A stretch of DNA of 64,000 nt from Myxococcota bacterium (lineage in GTDB: Bacteria > Myxococcota_A > UBA796 > SXON01). Of this stretch, positions 36,520-46,580 are shown in pieces; position 1 is the stretch's first letter; the number at the start of each line of letters is the position of its first letter. The translations under genes and the position numbers were made by a program. The stretch spans positions 1 to 64,000 of the forward strand of contig JAZKFH010000057.1 in NCBI GenBank assembly GCA_040386535.1, written 5' to 3'. Below the pieces are notes generated by a model. That model did no database searches and had not been told where the DNA came from. It was given only the letters and a program-made list of their open reading frames with translations.

Positions 36520-37767
36520 TTACCGGCCTGCCACCCAGGCGTCGTACCCGCCCACGATCGCGTCCGCGAGGTGATTCCCGATGACGTCGAGCCCCCTGGG
36601 CGAGAGGTGCACCAGGTCCCCCGAGCCGAGGCTGGTCTTGGACCAGGTGAGGGCCGAGCCGGCGCCGCCCATCGCGTCGTAGGCGCTCCAGAACGCGCAG
36701 CCCGCGGCCTTCGCGGCGGCGCGCTGACCCGCGACGAGGTTGCCCATGCCGGGGCGGGAGCGCGCGAGGCCGTCCGCCTCGTCGACGAAGCCCTGGTCGA
36801 GCGGGGTCACGACGAGGCAGGACGCGGTGGGGGCGCCCGCGCGGATCGTCGTGAGCGCGGCGGCGTAGATCGGCACGTAGCCGGCGCCCTTGCTCGTCGT
36901 GAGCACAGGGTAGCCGGCCTCGTTGCCGCCGAGCATGACCACCACAAGGTCGGGCGCGCGCGCGGCCATCTGCGTGGCGAGGTGCTCGCCCGCGAACGTG
37001 GTGAACGACTTGCTGCTCACGCCGATGACGCCGAGCGACTCCCACGTGGCGCCGGGCGCGCCCGACTCGAGCACGACGCCGTACATCGGCACGGCGCCGC
37101 CGCTCGCGCCCACGGTGAGCGTGGAGAAGCCGGCGGGCACATCCAGGGTGAAGCGGCGGTCCTCGGTGGTCGCGGACACGGCCGAGACGCGCAGCACCTC
37201 GCGGTCGTCCGCCTTCGCCCACACCGTGCCGTAGCCGGCGCCCGCCTGGTACCAGAGCTCGAGCCGCTTCTGCAGGCGGGTGGCCTTGGCGGTGTCGACG
37301 GCGCGGGTGGCCATCGAGGCCCCGCCGGGTGCGATCGCCACGATGCCGCCGAGCCCGTAGCGCCCCCCGGCCCCGCCGAGGAGGATGGTCCGGTAGAGCC
37401 ACTCGCCGCGCCGCGTCGCCTCGACATCGCTGCGGCGGTTCCACCGGCCGTCGTTGGTGCCCGACACGAAGCCGGGCCCCGCGTCGCCGAAACGCGCGGC
37501 CAGCCGGGCGCGCACGGTGCGGCTGATGCCGTCGGCCGCGAGCGTGGAGTCGCCGTAGTGCAGCGCCCGCGCCACGCGCTTGCCCGCGGCGGCCTCGCGC
37601 AGGGCCTCGTAGTAGCGGCGCAGGTTGCCCGGGTCCTCGAGCGCGGTCGGGACACCCCGGGTCGTCGGCGCGTCCGCCGAGGCCGTGCCCGCGGAGAGGC
37701 CCGCGGCGAGCGCCAGGGCGCTCAGGAACGAGGCAAACGCGGCGAGGGAGAGGGCGTGTCGGGACAT
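36520..37767 (-). CDS. Secreted SGNH/GDSL hydrolase or O-acyltransferase
   Basis: YGDS, FGDAGPGF, LGGNE, DLVH. Confidence 0.88.
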   Translation of the reverse strand: MSRHALSLAAFASFLSALALAAGLSAGTASADAPTTRGVPTALEDPGNLRRYYEALREAAAGKRVARALHYGDSTLAADGISRTVRARLAARFGDAGPGFVSGTNDGRWNRRSDVEATRRGEWLYRTILLGGAGGRYGLGGIVAIAPGGASMATRAVDTAKATRLQKRLELWYQAGAGYGTVWAKADDREVLRVSAVSATTEDRRFTLDVPAGFSTLTVGASGGAVPMYGVVLESGAPGATWESLGVIGVSSKSFTTFAGEHLATQMAARAPDLVVVMLGGNEAGYPVLTTSKGAGYVPIYAAALTTIRAGAPTASCLVVTPLDQGFVDEADGLARSRPGMGNLVAGQRAAAKAAGCAFWSAYDAMGGAGSALTWSKTSLGSGDLVHLSPRGLDVIGNHLADAIVGGYDAWVAGR

Positions 37768-37911
37768 CTCGCCGCGCGTAACCCAGGCAGGGGGACGAGC
37801 GGATCGGCGCGGGGGAGGGGAGGGGTCGGGAGCCCGTGTTCGCGGTGCTTGCCCGCGCGCCACACCCTCGCGGGTTGACCTTCGGCCGCCGTCCGCGCAC
37901 GATCCGCTCCT

Positions 37912-38382
37912 GTGCTTTCCGTTCGCGCTGTCTCCACGGGGCTGGTCCTCGCGCTCGTGTGCGCGGAGGGTGTCCTCCTCGTGCAACGAGGCCTCCCGAC
38001 GGCCGGCCCCGGCGTCGTCATCGCGCCCGCCGTCACGCGGGTGGCCGCGTTCGCACCGGTGGCGGAAACGCGCGTCGAGCCCGGGTTCCTCGCCCACATG
38101 ACGGCGGACGACATCGCGCGCGGCGTCTACGCCCTCGCGGCGGTGGAGGGCGCGGTCGCGCTCACGGATCCGCAGCGCGCCACGATCGGGCCCCTGCTGC
38201 GCGAGGGCGCGGACCTGCGCGCCCGCCTCGGCGAGCTGCGAGGGCGGCGCCGCGCCGCGCGGGAGGCCTGGATGATCCACGGGGCGGGGATCGTCAGCGC
38301 GCTGGGACCCGACCGGTCCGCTCTCTGGACCGCCGCGAAAGTGCCCACGACCCCCGGACCCCCCCGGGCGGGCCCCCGATGA
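37912..38382 (+). CDS. Membrane-anchored helical protein (paralog 1, LTxxQ motif)
   Basis: N-terminal TM, TADDIARGVYAL..LTDPQRA. Confidence 0.7.
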   Translation: MLSVRAVSTGLVLALVCAEGVLLVQRGLPTAGPGVVIAPAVTRVAAFAPVAETRVEPGFLAHMTADDIARGVYALAAVEGAVALTDPQRATIGPLLREGADLRARLGELRGRRRAAREAWMIHGAGIVSALGPDRSALWTAAKVPTTPGPPRAGPR

Positions 38383-38900
38383 CACGCGCACAACTGCTCG
38401 ATGGTGTGCTGGTGGCGCTGCTCGGCGTCGCCCTGGCGCAGGCCGTGCTGCTCGCGGCGGGTGGCGGCACGGTGCGGGCGTACGTTCCGTTGCTGGGCGC
38501 CGACGATCCGCCGGGCCAGCTCCAGGCCGACGGCGGGGCGGCGCGCGCGCTGGCGGCCAAGGCCGCGGTGGTCGGCGAGTTCGTCACCATCGAGGACCTT
38601 GCGCGCGGGGTGCTCGCGCTGGAGAACGGCTCCCTCCCGGGCGCCGCGCCGCTCACCGCCGCGGAGCGTGCCGCCCTCGCGCCGCTGGTGCGCCAGGCCG
38701 CCGAGGATCGGCTGGCGCTGCTCGCCGTAGAGGGGGAGATCGCCGCGGTCGAGGCGAGCCTGCAGGATCGCGCGCGTCGGATCGCAGAGACGTTGACACC
38801 CGAGCAGCGCGCCTGGATCGTCGCCCAACGGGACGTCGTGAGCGTGGGCGAGCTCGAGCAGGCCTACTGGGACGAGCTGCTCGCGCTCGGCGCGCCATGA
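38379..38900 (+). CDS. Membrane-anchored helical protein (paralog 2, LTxxQ motif)
   Basis: ATGA overlap, TIEDLARGVLAL..LTAAERA..LTPEQRA. Confidence 0.75.
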   Translation: MTRAQLLDGVLVALLGVALAQAVLLAAGGGTVRAYVPLLGADDPPGQLQADGGAARALAAKAAVVGEFVTIEDLARGVLALENGSLPGAAPLTAAERAALAPLVRQAAEDRLALLAVEGEIAAVEASLQDRARRIAETLTPEQRAWIVAQRDVVSVGELEQAYWDELLALGAP

Positions 38901-38931
38901 GCCCGCCATTGAGCCCGCCTGTGAGCCGCCG

Positions 38932-39453
38932 TTGAGCCGCCTCCGCCTCGCCGCGCTCGTGGGCGCCCTCGCGCTCAACGTCCTCCTGGCGCTGGTCCCG
39001 GCGCGCCCCGCGCTCGCCTGGATCCACCCGGTCGCGCCCCCGCTCACGCACATCCCGGAGATGGGCGAGTCCGTCCTCGGCGCGTCCGCGGTCAGCAGCG
39101 CCGCGCCGGGCGCCCACGGCCACCATCCCCCCGGCCCGCCGGGCAACCATCCCCCCGGCCCCCCGCCCCTCCGCGGCCTCGCTGGGACCGTCGACTCGCT
39201 CGTGCGCGCCGTCGGCACCCCCGCCCAGCAGGCCGCGCTCGGCGAGCTGCGCGTGCTGGACCAGGCCGTGCTGCCCCACGCCCGCCGCGCGAGGACGCTG
39301 CGCCTCGCCGTGGAGGCCGACGCTGTCGCGATCGCAGAGGCGCTGGGCCCCGCGCGGGTGGGCGCCATCCTCGCGGACAAGGACGGCCTCTCCACGCGCA
39401 TCGGGGAGGGGCGGGCCTGGGCGGCCGCCATCGAGCGGGTGGCGCGCCCATGA
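38932..39453 (+). CDS. Membrane-anchored helical protein with His/Pro-rich linker (paralog 3)
   Basis: TTG start, TM, HGHHPPGPPGNHPPGPPP, TVDSLVRAV, IAEALGPAR. Confidence 0.65.
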   Translation: MSRLRLAALVGALALNVLLALVPARPALAWIHPVAPPLTHIPEMGESVLGASAVSSAAPGAHGHHPPGPPGNHPPGPPPLRGLAGTVDSLVRAVGTPAQQAALGELRVLDQAVLPHARRARTLRLAVEADAVAIAEALGPARVGAILADKDGLSTRIGEGRAWAAAIERVARP

Positions 39454-41213
39454 TCCGGATCGCCCGCATGGGTCCGCCGCTCCTGCTCGTCGCGCTCGCC
39501 TTCCTCCCGCTCCTCGGCACGCTCGGGCAGCCCGGGAGCTTCATCGGCGATCCGCTCGGCGAGCTGCCGGTGAAGGTGTGGGTGTTCGAAAGTTTTGCCC
39601 GCATCGGCCTGCTCGGCGGGACGATGGACGTCGCCGGCTACCCGAACCTCGGCCCGCTCAACAACCCCGACCCGACGGGCACCCTCGTCACGATGGTCCT
39701 GCGCCCGCTCGTGGGCCGCGTGATGGCGTACAACCTGCTCGTGGTGGGCCAGCTCGCGGCGTCCATGCTCGCGGCGTGGGCGCTGGCCCGCGCGCTCGTC
39801 TCCGACGCCACCGCCGCCCTCGTCGCGGGCGTCGTGTTCGGCCTCTCCCCGCTGGTGCTCGCCTACGCGGTGACCGGCGCCGTCACCGACATCCTCAACC
39901 TGTGGCCGTACCCGCTCGCCATCCTCGGCTTCCTCCGCGCCGTGCGGGCCACGAACCACCACCGCGTCGTCACCTGGGGACTGTTCGGTGGTGCGATGGC
40001 GGGCCTCGGGTTCGTGACCTGCCCCTACAACTTCGTCGTCTTCGCGTCGATGCTCCTACCGGCGGCGGTGCTGCTTCCGTTCGCGCTCTGGAAAACTGAA
40101 AGCGCGACTCGGCGGACGGCAGTCGTGGCGATCGTCGCGATGGGGCTTGCGCTCGCCGTGGTCGGCGGAGGGGGTGCGCTCTACATCCGGGGGATCATGG
40201 ACGCCCCGGACAGCCAGATGTCGGCGGCCGCGGTCACCGCCACCCGCCACGCGCCGCCCTACCCCTACCTAGTCCCCGGCCACCGGGATCGTTACGTCGC
40301 CTACCTCGCCGACTACGTCGCGATCGACAAGGGCGCGCTGATCGAGCGGACCACCGCCGCGCGCTTCTACCGGGCGTTCGCGCCGGGCGCCGTCGCCATC
40401 GGGCTCGCGTTGGTCGGGCTGCTCGTGGCGCCCCGTCGGCGGGCGGCGGCGGGCTGGGCGGGCGTGGCGTTGTTCTGCGCCGTGGCCTCGACCGGGCCCT
40501 TCCTGCCGGTCACAGGGAGGCTCGCGTTCGACACGCCGGTGAACGTGGCGTGGCTCCTCACCCAGCACGTGCTGCCCGGCGGCGACGTGATCCTCGAGCC
40601 GTTCCGGTACGCGCTCGCCGCCTCGCTCGCGCTCGCCATGGCCTCCGCGTACGGCGCGGCCGCCCTCACCCGGCGCCTCGGGGTGGCCGGCCCCGCGCTC
40701 GGCGTGGTCCTCCCGTTGCTCGTGCTGGTCGAGGTCGCGGCGGTGTCGCCGACGCCCTGGCCCGTCCCGACCGGCCCGCTCGACGCCCCGACGATCTACA
40801 CCGAGCTCGACCGCTACCTGCCGCCCGGGCCGATCCTGGAGCTGCCCTACTTCGACCACGGCTCCGACCGCTTCTACCGCGAGCACTTCTTCCACCAGCT
40901 CCTGCACGGCCGGCCCATCGCCAACGAGGTCATCGGATTCGCGCCGCGCTACCTCACCGAGAACCAGTTCACGGCGAAGCTCCTCGGTATCGAGAAGCGC
41001 ACCGGCGGCCTCAGGGTGACGGTCACCGCGCCCGACAAGGTGGAGGCCGATCGCGTTCGCCTCACGACGGACGGCTTCGTCGGCATCGTCGTGGACCCGC
41101 GCGGGTACGCCTCGCCGGCGCTGCTCGGGCAGGTCGAGACGCTGCTCACCCCGTTCGGGCCGCCGACCCGGGCGGGCGGGCGGTGGATCTACCCGCTCGC
41201 GCCGAGGCGGTGA
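39450..41213 (+). CDS. Polytopic membrane protein, probable GT-C (YfhO-like) glycosyltransferase
   Basis: Many TMs, AYNLL, AGVVFGLSP, EPFRY, GPILELP..HQLLHGRPI. Confidence 0.75.
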   Translation: MIRIARMGPPLLLVALAFLPLLGTLGQPGSFIGDPLGELPVKVWVFESFARIGLLGGTMDVAGYPNLGPLNNPDPTGTLVTMVLRPLVGRVMAYNLLVVGQLAASMLAAWALARALVSDATAALVAGVVFGLSPLVLAYAVTGAVTDILNLWPYPLAILGFLRAVRATNHHRVVTWGLFGGAMAGLGFVTCPYNFVVFASMLLPAAVLLPFALWKTESATRRTAVVAIVAMGLALAVVGGGGALYIRGIMDAPDSQMSAAAVTATRHAPPYPYLVPGHRDRYVAYLADYVAIDKGALIERTTAARFYRAFAPGAVAIGLALVGLLVAPRRRAAAGWAGVALFCAVASTGPFLPVTGRLAFDTPVNVAWLLTQHVLPGGDVILEPFRYALAASLALAMASAYGAAALTRRLGVAGPALGVVLPLLVLVEVAAVSPTPWPVPTGPLDAPTIYTELDRYLPPGPILELPYFDHGSDRFYREHFFHQLLHGRPIANEVIGFAPRYLTENQFTAKLLGIEKRTGGLRVTVTAPDKVEADRVRLTTDGFVGIVVDPRGYASPALLGQVETLLTPFGPPTRAGGRWIYPLAPRR

Positions 41214-41235
41214 GGGCGAGCGGTTAGCCTCGCGC

Positions 41236-42282
<1,047 letters not shown>

Positions 42283-42308
42283 ACCGGTCGTTCCTGTACA
42301 CTGGTCGC

Positions 42309-42947
42309 ATGTGGAAAGTGGTCGTCGCGGTGGTGGTGCTCGTCGGGCTCGTCGCCTGCGCAGGGTTGCTCGGCGCGGGCTTCTACGGCTACACCGGGTA
42401 CCGGGCGGACCGGGAGGCCGCGCTGCTCGTCGAGGCCTCCGCGGCCGCGAGCGCCGCCGAGGCCGCCGCCGAGATGGGCCGGGTGGACGCCACGCGCACC
42501 GATGGCCTCCTCGAGGCCCGCGCCGCCTACCTCGCCGGGGACCACACGCGCGCGGTCGACGCGTTCTCTGCCGTCCTCGAGGTCGACCCGTCCTCCGCCG
42601 AGGCCCGGCTCGGCCGCGGCCGCAGCTACGCGCGCCTGGAGCGGCTCGACCTCGCCGAGCAGGACCTGCGCCAGAGCACGCGCGAGGATCCCACCAACCG
42701 CGAGGGTTGGGAGAGCCTCGCGTGGGTGCTCACCCAGAGCGGGCGCGACACGGAGGCGGTCGACGCGCTCGATCGCCTCGTCGCGCTCGACGGCGAGAAC
42801 CCGAAGCCCCTCCGCGACCGCGCGAACGCCCGCTACCGCACCGGCGACATCGCCGGGGCCCGCGAGGACGCCCGCCGGGCCTGCACGCTCGGGCTCGCGG
42901 ACGGGTGCACGTTGGAGGAGAAGATCGTGGCGGCGACGGGGCGGTAG
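42309..42947 (+). CDS. Membrane-anchored TPR protein
   Basis: N-terminal TM, TPR repeats, ACTLGLADGC end. Confidence 0.85.
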   Translation: MWKVVVAVVVLVGLVACAGLLGAGFYGYTGYRADREAALLVEASAAASAAEAAAEMGRVDATRTDGLLEARAAYLAGDHTRAVDAFSAVLEVDPSSAEARLGRGRSYARLERLDLAEQDLRQSTREDPTNREGWESLAWVLTQSGRDTEAVDALDRLVALDGENPKPLRDRANARYRTGDIAGAREDARRACTLGLADGCTLEEKIVAATGR

Positions 42948-43012
42948 CGTCAGGGCGTGTCGCGCCTGCGCTTGAGCAACGCGACGATCCACGCGCAGGA
43001 ACGCCCAGTTGG

Positions 43013-43290
43013 AAAATGGGCCCGGTGCGTCGCTTGCGCGAGGCACCGGGCCCTACCCGCCCCTTTCCCGTATGCGAGCGGATCCGTGGTTCGTCACCGC
43101 GGGTTCCGCTCCCGTGTCGAGCTGTCGGTGAGCCGACAGGGGCCGCTCGCGCCCCCGCCGCGCGCCGGCAGGCGGGCGGGTTTCGGGGAGGCGGCCCTCC
43201 ACACGTGTTGCCACGTGGGAGGGCACGGCCAGCGCCCCTCGTGGGAGCGCGTGCAGACCGAGCCTGTGCGGCTTTGGCCTTGCTTGGTGG
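43013..43290 (-). ncRNA. Candidate structured RNA (several hairpins, ending in a terminator-like stem)
   Basis: Stems at 43018-43053, 43076-43111, 43122-43139 and 43194-43224; two GCAA tetraloops on the minus strand; no family recognised. Confidence 0.35.
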
Positions 43291-43310
43291 GTTTTTCGTG
43301 GATGTCAGAG

Positions 43311-43355
43311 AGCTGGAATCAGGACAGCTGGAATCAGGAGTGCTGGGAACAAGGA
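43311..43355. repeat. 15-bp tandem repeat (2 near-perfect + 1 degenerate)
   Basis: AGCTGGAATCAGGAC / AGCTGGAATCAGGAG / TGCTGGGAACAAGGA immediately after the HTH gene stop. Confidence 0.75.
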
Positions 43356-43357
43356 TG

Positions 43358-44479
43358 TCAGGTCGACGCGACGAACGCCACGTCCGCGACCGGGTGGCCG
43401 TGCTCGACGAGCGCCTTTCGCAGGCTGAACGGTACCACGGCCCGATCGTGCGGGCCGGCGCCGGGCAGGCGGCGCTCGACCTCGGCGACGAGCGCGGGCA
43501 CGTCGAAGGGGCCGTGCAGGGTAGAGCTCCACCGGGCGGCATCGTCGTCGGCGCGGACGTGTTGGCCCGTCCCTTCCCACGCCCCCGCCCACTCCAGCCC
43601 GTCGGCGCCCGTGAGCTGGCGAACAGACTGGACGATCAGCCGGAACGTTCCTTTGCCCGCCGCCTGGACGATCCAGCGCCCGACGGGATCGAGCACGATG
43701 TCCTTGCGCTCGGCGGTGCGGCCCTCCCGGCGGAACACCACGCGCGGCGTCCCGAGAGTGTGCCGCCACAGCACGGCCCCCTCCAGACGCACGTACCGAA
43801 CGAAGCGGGCCCTGTAGAGGGACTGGTACTCCCGTTCGACGGCATCCAGGTTGAGCCTGTCCCAGTGGCGGGGGACGGGGCGCGGGAGGGCGGCGTTCAG
43901 CGCGGCCCAGGCGTCCGCCACCGGCGCGCTCTGTGTCCAATCGATGCGCTTCATCGCGGCGAGCAGGTCGGCGTCCGAGATCGGCTCGTACGCCTCGTCC
44001 AGCGGATTGCCATCGTCATCGATGGGAGTCGGAGTAGGCGGCGGTGGAATCGGCCCCCCCCGCTCACGCCTGGTCTCCCGGTACTCCGGCTTCAACCGGC
44101 GTTGGACGTGCCGGAGCACCAGCTCGTGCATCGCCTCCGCATCGAGTCGTTCCGCGGCGTACGCCTCCGCGTCCTCCGTCAGCCGCGCGATCAGCCGCGC
44201 CTCCGCCGTCTCCTCCCACGGCGGCGTCGGCTCCTCCTGCACGAGGTAGAAACGCGACGTGGTGCGGTTCAGGCGGTGGGCGTACCGCTTGAGGAGCGGC
44301 TCCAACACGCTCTCGCGGGCCTTGCTCTTTCCAGTGGCCCACCCGCTCACGACGCTCTGCTGGACGCGGCACAACAGGCGGATCTCGTCCTGTGTCATCC
44401 CGTCGTCCAGCGCGAGGCGGACCAGCTCGCGGGTGTGCTTGAACTTGGGGGACGGGGCGGCGGCGGGGGCGTCGGTCAT
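43358..44479 (-). CDS. N-terminal XRE-like HTH fused to a large domain of unknown function
   Basis: KFKHTRELVRLALDDGMTQDEI..CRVQQSVVSGWATG; C-terminal PFSLRKALVEHGHPV. Confidence 0.8.
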   Translation of the reverse strand: MTDAPAAAPSPKFKHTRELVRLALDDGMTQDEIRLLCRVQQSVVSGWATGKSKARESVLEPLLKRYAHRLNRTTSRFYLVQEEPTPPWEETAEARLIARLTEDAEAYAAERLDAEAMHELVLRHVQRRLKPEYRETRRERGGPIPPPPTPTPIDDDGNPLDEAYEPISDADLLAAMKRIDWTQSAPVADAWAALNAALPRPVPRHWDRLNLDAVEREYQSLYRARFVRYVRLEGAVLWRHTLGTPRVVFRREGRTAERKDIVLDPVGRWIVQAAGKGTFRLIVQSVRQLTGADGLEWAGAWEGTGQHVRADDDAARWSSTLHGPFDVPALVAEVERRLPGAGPHDRAVVPFSLRKALVEHGHPVADVAFVAST

Positions 44480-44669
44480 GCCGCGAATATGACCGGGCCC
44501 GCCGGCCGAGGCGACTGATATGATTCCGATGAAGTCGTGATGCCTGCCGATGGCGCCCACGGCCCCGCTCCGTCCGCCCCGCTCCTCCACCTCGGCACGT
44601 TCGCGCGACGTAGCCCGCGGCGAGGCGCGCGCCGCCACCGCCCGCGCGACATGCTGCTACAGTGGGAAG

Positions 44670-46079
44670 ATGTCCGCCTCGCCCCCGCCCCCGCCGCCGC
44701 CCAGCGCCCGCAAGCTGGCCCTCTTCAGCGTCGTGGGCCTGCTGGCCGGATGGCTCGGGAGCCCGCGGGTCGAGGCCGCGCCGAGCGCGGACGACTGTCG
44801 CCAGCTCCCCCCGGGCGCGTACGATCCGAGCACGTTCTCCGACCCCGCGACGTGCGCCGCGTGTCACCCCCAACACTTCGACGAGTGGCGCGGCTCCGCC
44901 CACGCCTACTCGGTGGTCGACCCGATCTTCTGGGCGGCCAACGAGGACAGCTTCGAGACGCACGAGCTGGAGTTCTTCTGTGTCGGCTGTCACTCTCCCG
45001 TCGCCAACCTCACAACCGCGGACGCAAGCCTCTCCCACGCCCGCGGCCCCGAGGACCTGGCCGAGCCCGCGCGGCACGGCGTGAGCTGCGACGGCTGTCA
45101 CCGCGTCTTCGAGTCCCGCGCGGACACCCACTTCTACACTCCCTGCGCCGATTGGTTCTTCGGGCCGATCGCCGACCCCCTCTCCAGCGCCCCGCACGGC
45201 TCCACCTACGTCCCAGAGTTCGAGCAGTCCTCCTTCTGCACGTCCTGTCACAACGTCACCGCCGACCAGGTCGACACCCCCGAGTTCGACGGGGTCAGCA
45301 TCGAGTTCACCGGCACCGAGTGGACCGACGCGAACAACGCGGCCGGTGGGACGGCCACCGACCCCGCGATCCAAACCTGCCAGGACTGCCACATGCCGGC
45401 CTACGCGGGAACCGCCGCGGTGGGTGGCCCGCCGCGCGAGGTGCACAATCACCAGTTCGTCGGCGGCGACGTGGCGATGGTTCCTTTCCCCGACAGCCAC
45501 CGGCAATACCGCGCGGTCCAGGACCTGCTCCAGTCCGCCGCCAGCGTCGACCTCGGGTTCGACGGGCAGACCGCGCAGGTGCTCGTCACCAACCACATCG
45601 TCGGGCACAACCTCCCGACCGGCTCGTCCTACACCCGGCGGGTCTGGATCCACTTCACGGTCGTGGGTGCGGACGGCACCGTGTACCTCGAGAGTGGCGA
45701 CGTCGACGCCAACGGCGACCTGCGCGATGGATACAGCGAGATCGACCCCTGGGGCGATCCCTGGATCGCCAACGGGGACGCCGTGTTCCGGCAATACAAC
45801 TACGACGCCGACGGCGACGAGGTGCCCGGCACCTACGAGCGGGTCGTCACTACCGAGCACAACATGCTCGGGTCCGGCGAGGTGCGCACGGTGGAGTACG
45901 AGCTCGACGGCCACCTCCCCGCCGACGCGGCCTGGCCGGTCACGGTGACCGCGGAGCTGCTCTACCGCTCGTTCCCCAACTTCGTCCTCCGCGAGCACGG
46001 CATCGACGAGGCGGTCATCGCGCTCGTCCCCACCTTCGAGATGGCGCGTGGCGCGCTCGTGCTCGAGGCGTCCCGTTGA
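44670..46079 (+). CDS. Multiheme (5 CxxCH) c-type cytochrome
   Basis: CAACH, CVGCH, CDGCH, CTSCH, CQDCH; GHNLPTG; signal peptide. Confidence 0.92.
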   Translation: MSASPPPPPPPSARKLALFSVVGLLAGWLGSPRVEAAPSADDCRQLPPGAYDPSTFSDPATCAACHPQHFDEWRGSAHAYSVVDPIFWAANEDSFETHELEFFCVGCHSPVANLTTADASLSHARGPEDLAEPARHGVSCDGCHRVFESRADTHFYTPCADWFFGPIADPLSSAPHGSTYVPEFEQSSFCTSCHNVTADQVDTPEFDGVSIEFTGTEWTDANNAAGGTATDPAIQTCQDCHMPAYAGTAAVGGPPREVHNHQFVGGDVAMVPFPDSHRQYRAVQDLLQSAASVDLGFDGQTAQVLVTNHIVGHNLPTGSSYTRRVWIHFTVVGADGTVYLESGDVDANGDLRDGYSEIDPWGDPWIANGDAVFRQYNYDADGDEVPGTYERVVTTEHNMLGSGEVRTVEYELDGHLPADAAWPVTVTAELLYRSFPNFVLREHGIDEAVIALVPTFEMARGALVLEASR

Positions 46080-46564
46080 GCCGCCTGCTCGTCCTGGGGC
46101 TGATCCTCGGCTGCACGGGAGAGAAGCCCGACCCCTCCACGCCGCCCGCGCCGGATCCCTGCGCTGTCGAGCAGCAGCTCATCGTCGAGGTGGTCGGCGC
46201 GATCGCCGGGGCGGACGACCTCGTGGCGGGCGTGCTGGACGGCGCGACGTGGCGCCTGGGTGACGCCGCCCCGCTCACCCGCGTGCTCGCCCGTGACGCG
46301 GGCGTGTTCACGGTGTGCCTGGACGGCGCGCCGAGCCCCACCCCGCCGTACGAATCGGGCTTCGTGGCGGCGTGGCGGGATCTCGACGGGGACAACGCCT
46401 ACGACGCCGCCACCGAGGCGCTCTGCGATCACGCGGCCAGCGGCGCGGACCCCGAGCGGCTCTTCCACACCTCGGGGCGCTGGCGCACCGGGCTCCTGGG
46501 CAGCGCCGACGCCGCCGGGCTGGCGGCCCCCGCCGCGCTCGACGGGGACCGCTGCGCGCGCTGA
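46076..46564 (+). CDS. Lipoprotein coupled to the cytochrome
   Basis: TTGA overlap, LILGC lipobox, DLDGDN EF-like motif. Confidence 0.7.
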   Translation: MSRLLVLGLILGCTGEKPDPSTPPAPDPCAVEQQLIVEVVGAIAGADDLVAGVLDGATWRLGDAAPLTRVLARDAGVFTVCLDGAPSPTPPYESGFVAAWRDLDGDNAYDAATEALCDHAASGADPERLFHTSGRWRTGLLGSADAAGLAAPAALDGDRCAR

Positions 46565-46580
46565 GGTCGCCGCCGGGTGC

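Noticed and set aside
36507..36532. 14-bp-period duplication TACCGGCCTGCC at the SGNH gene end
   Set aside because: Real, but only duplicates the stop region between convergent genes; no evident consequence.
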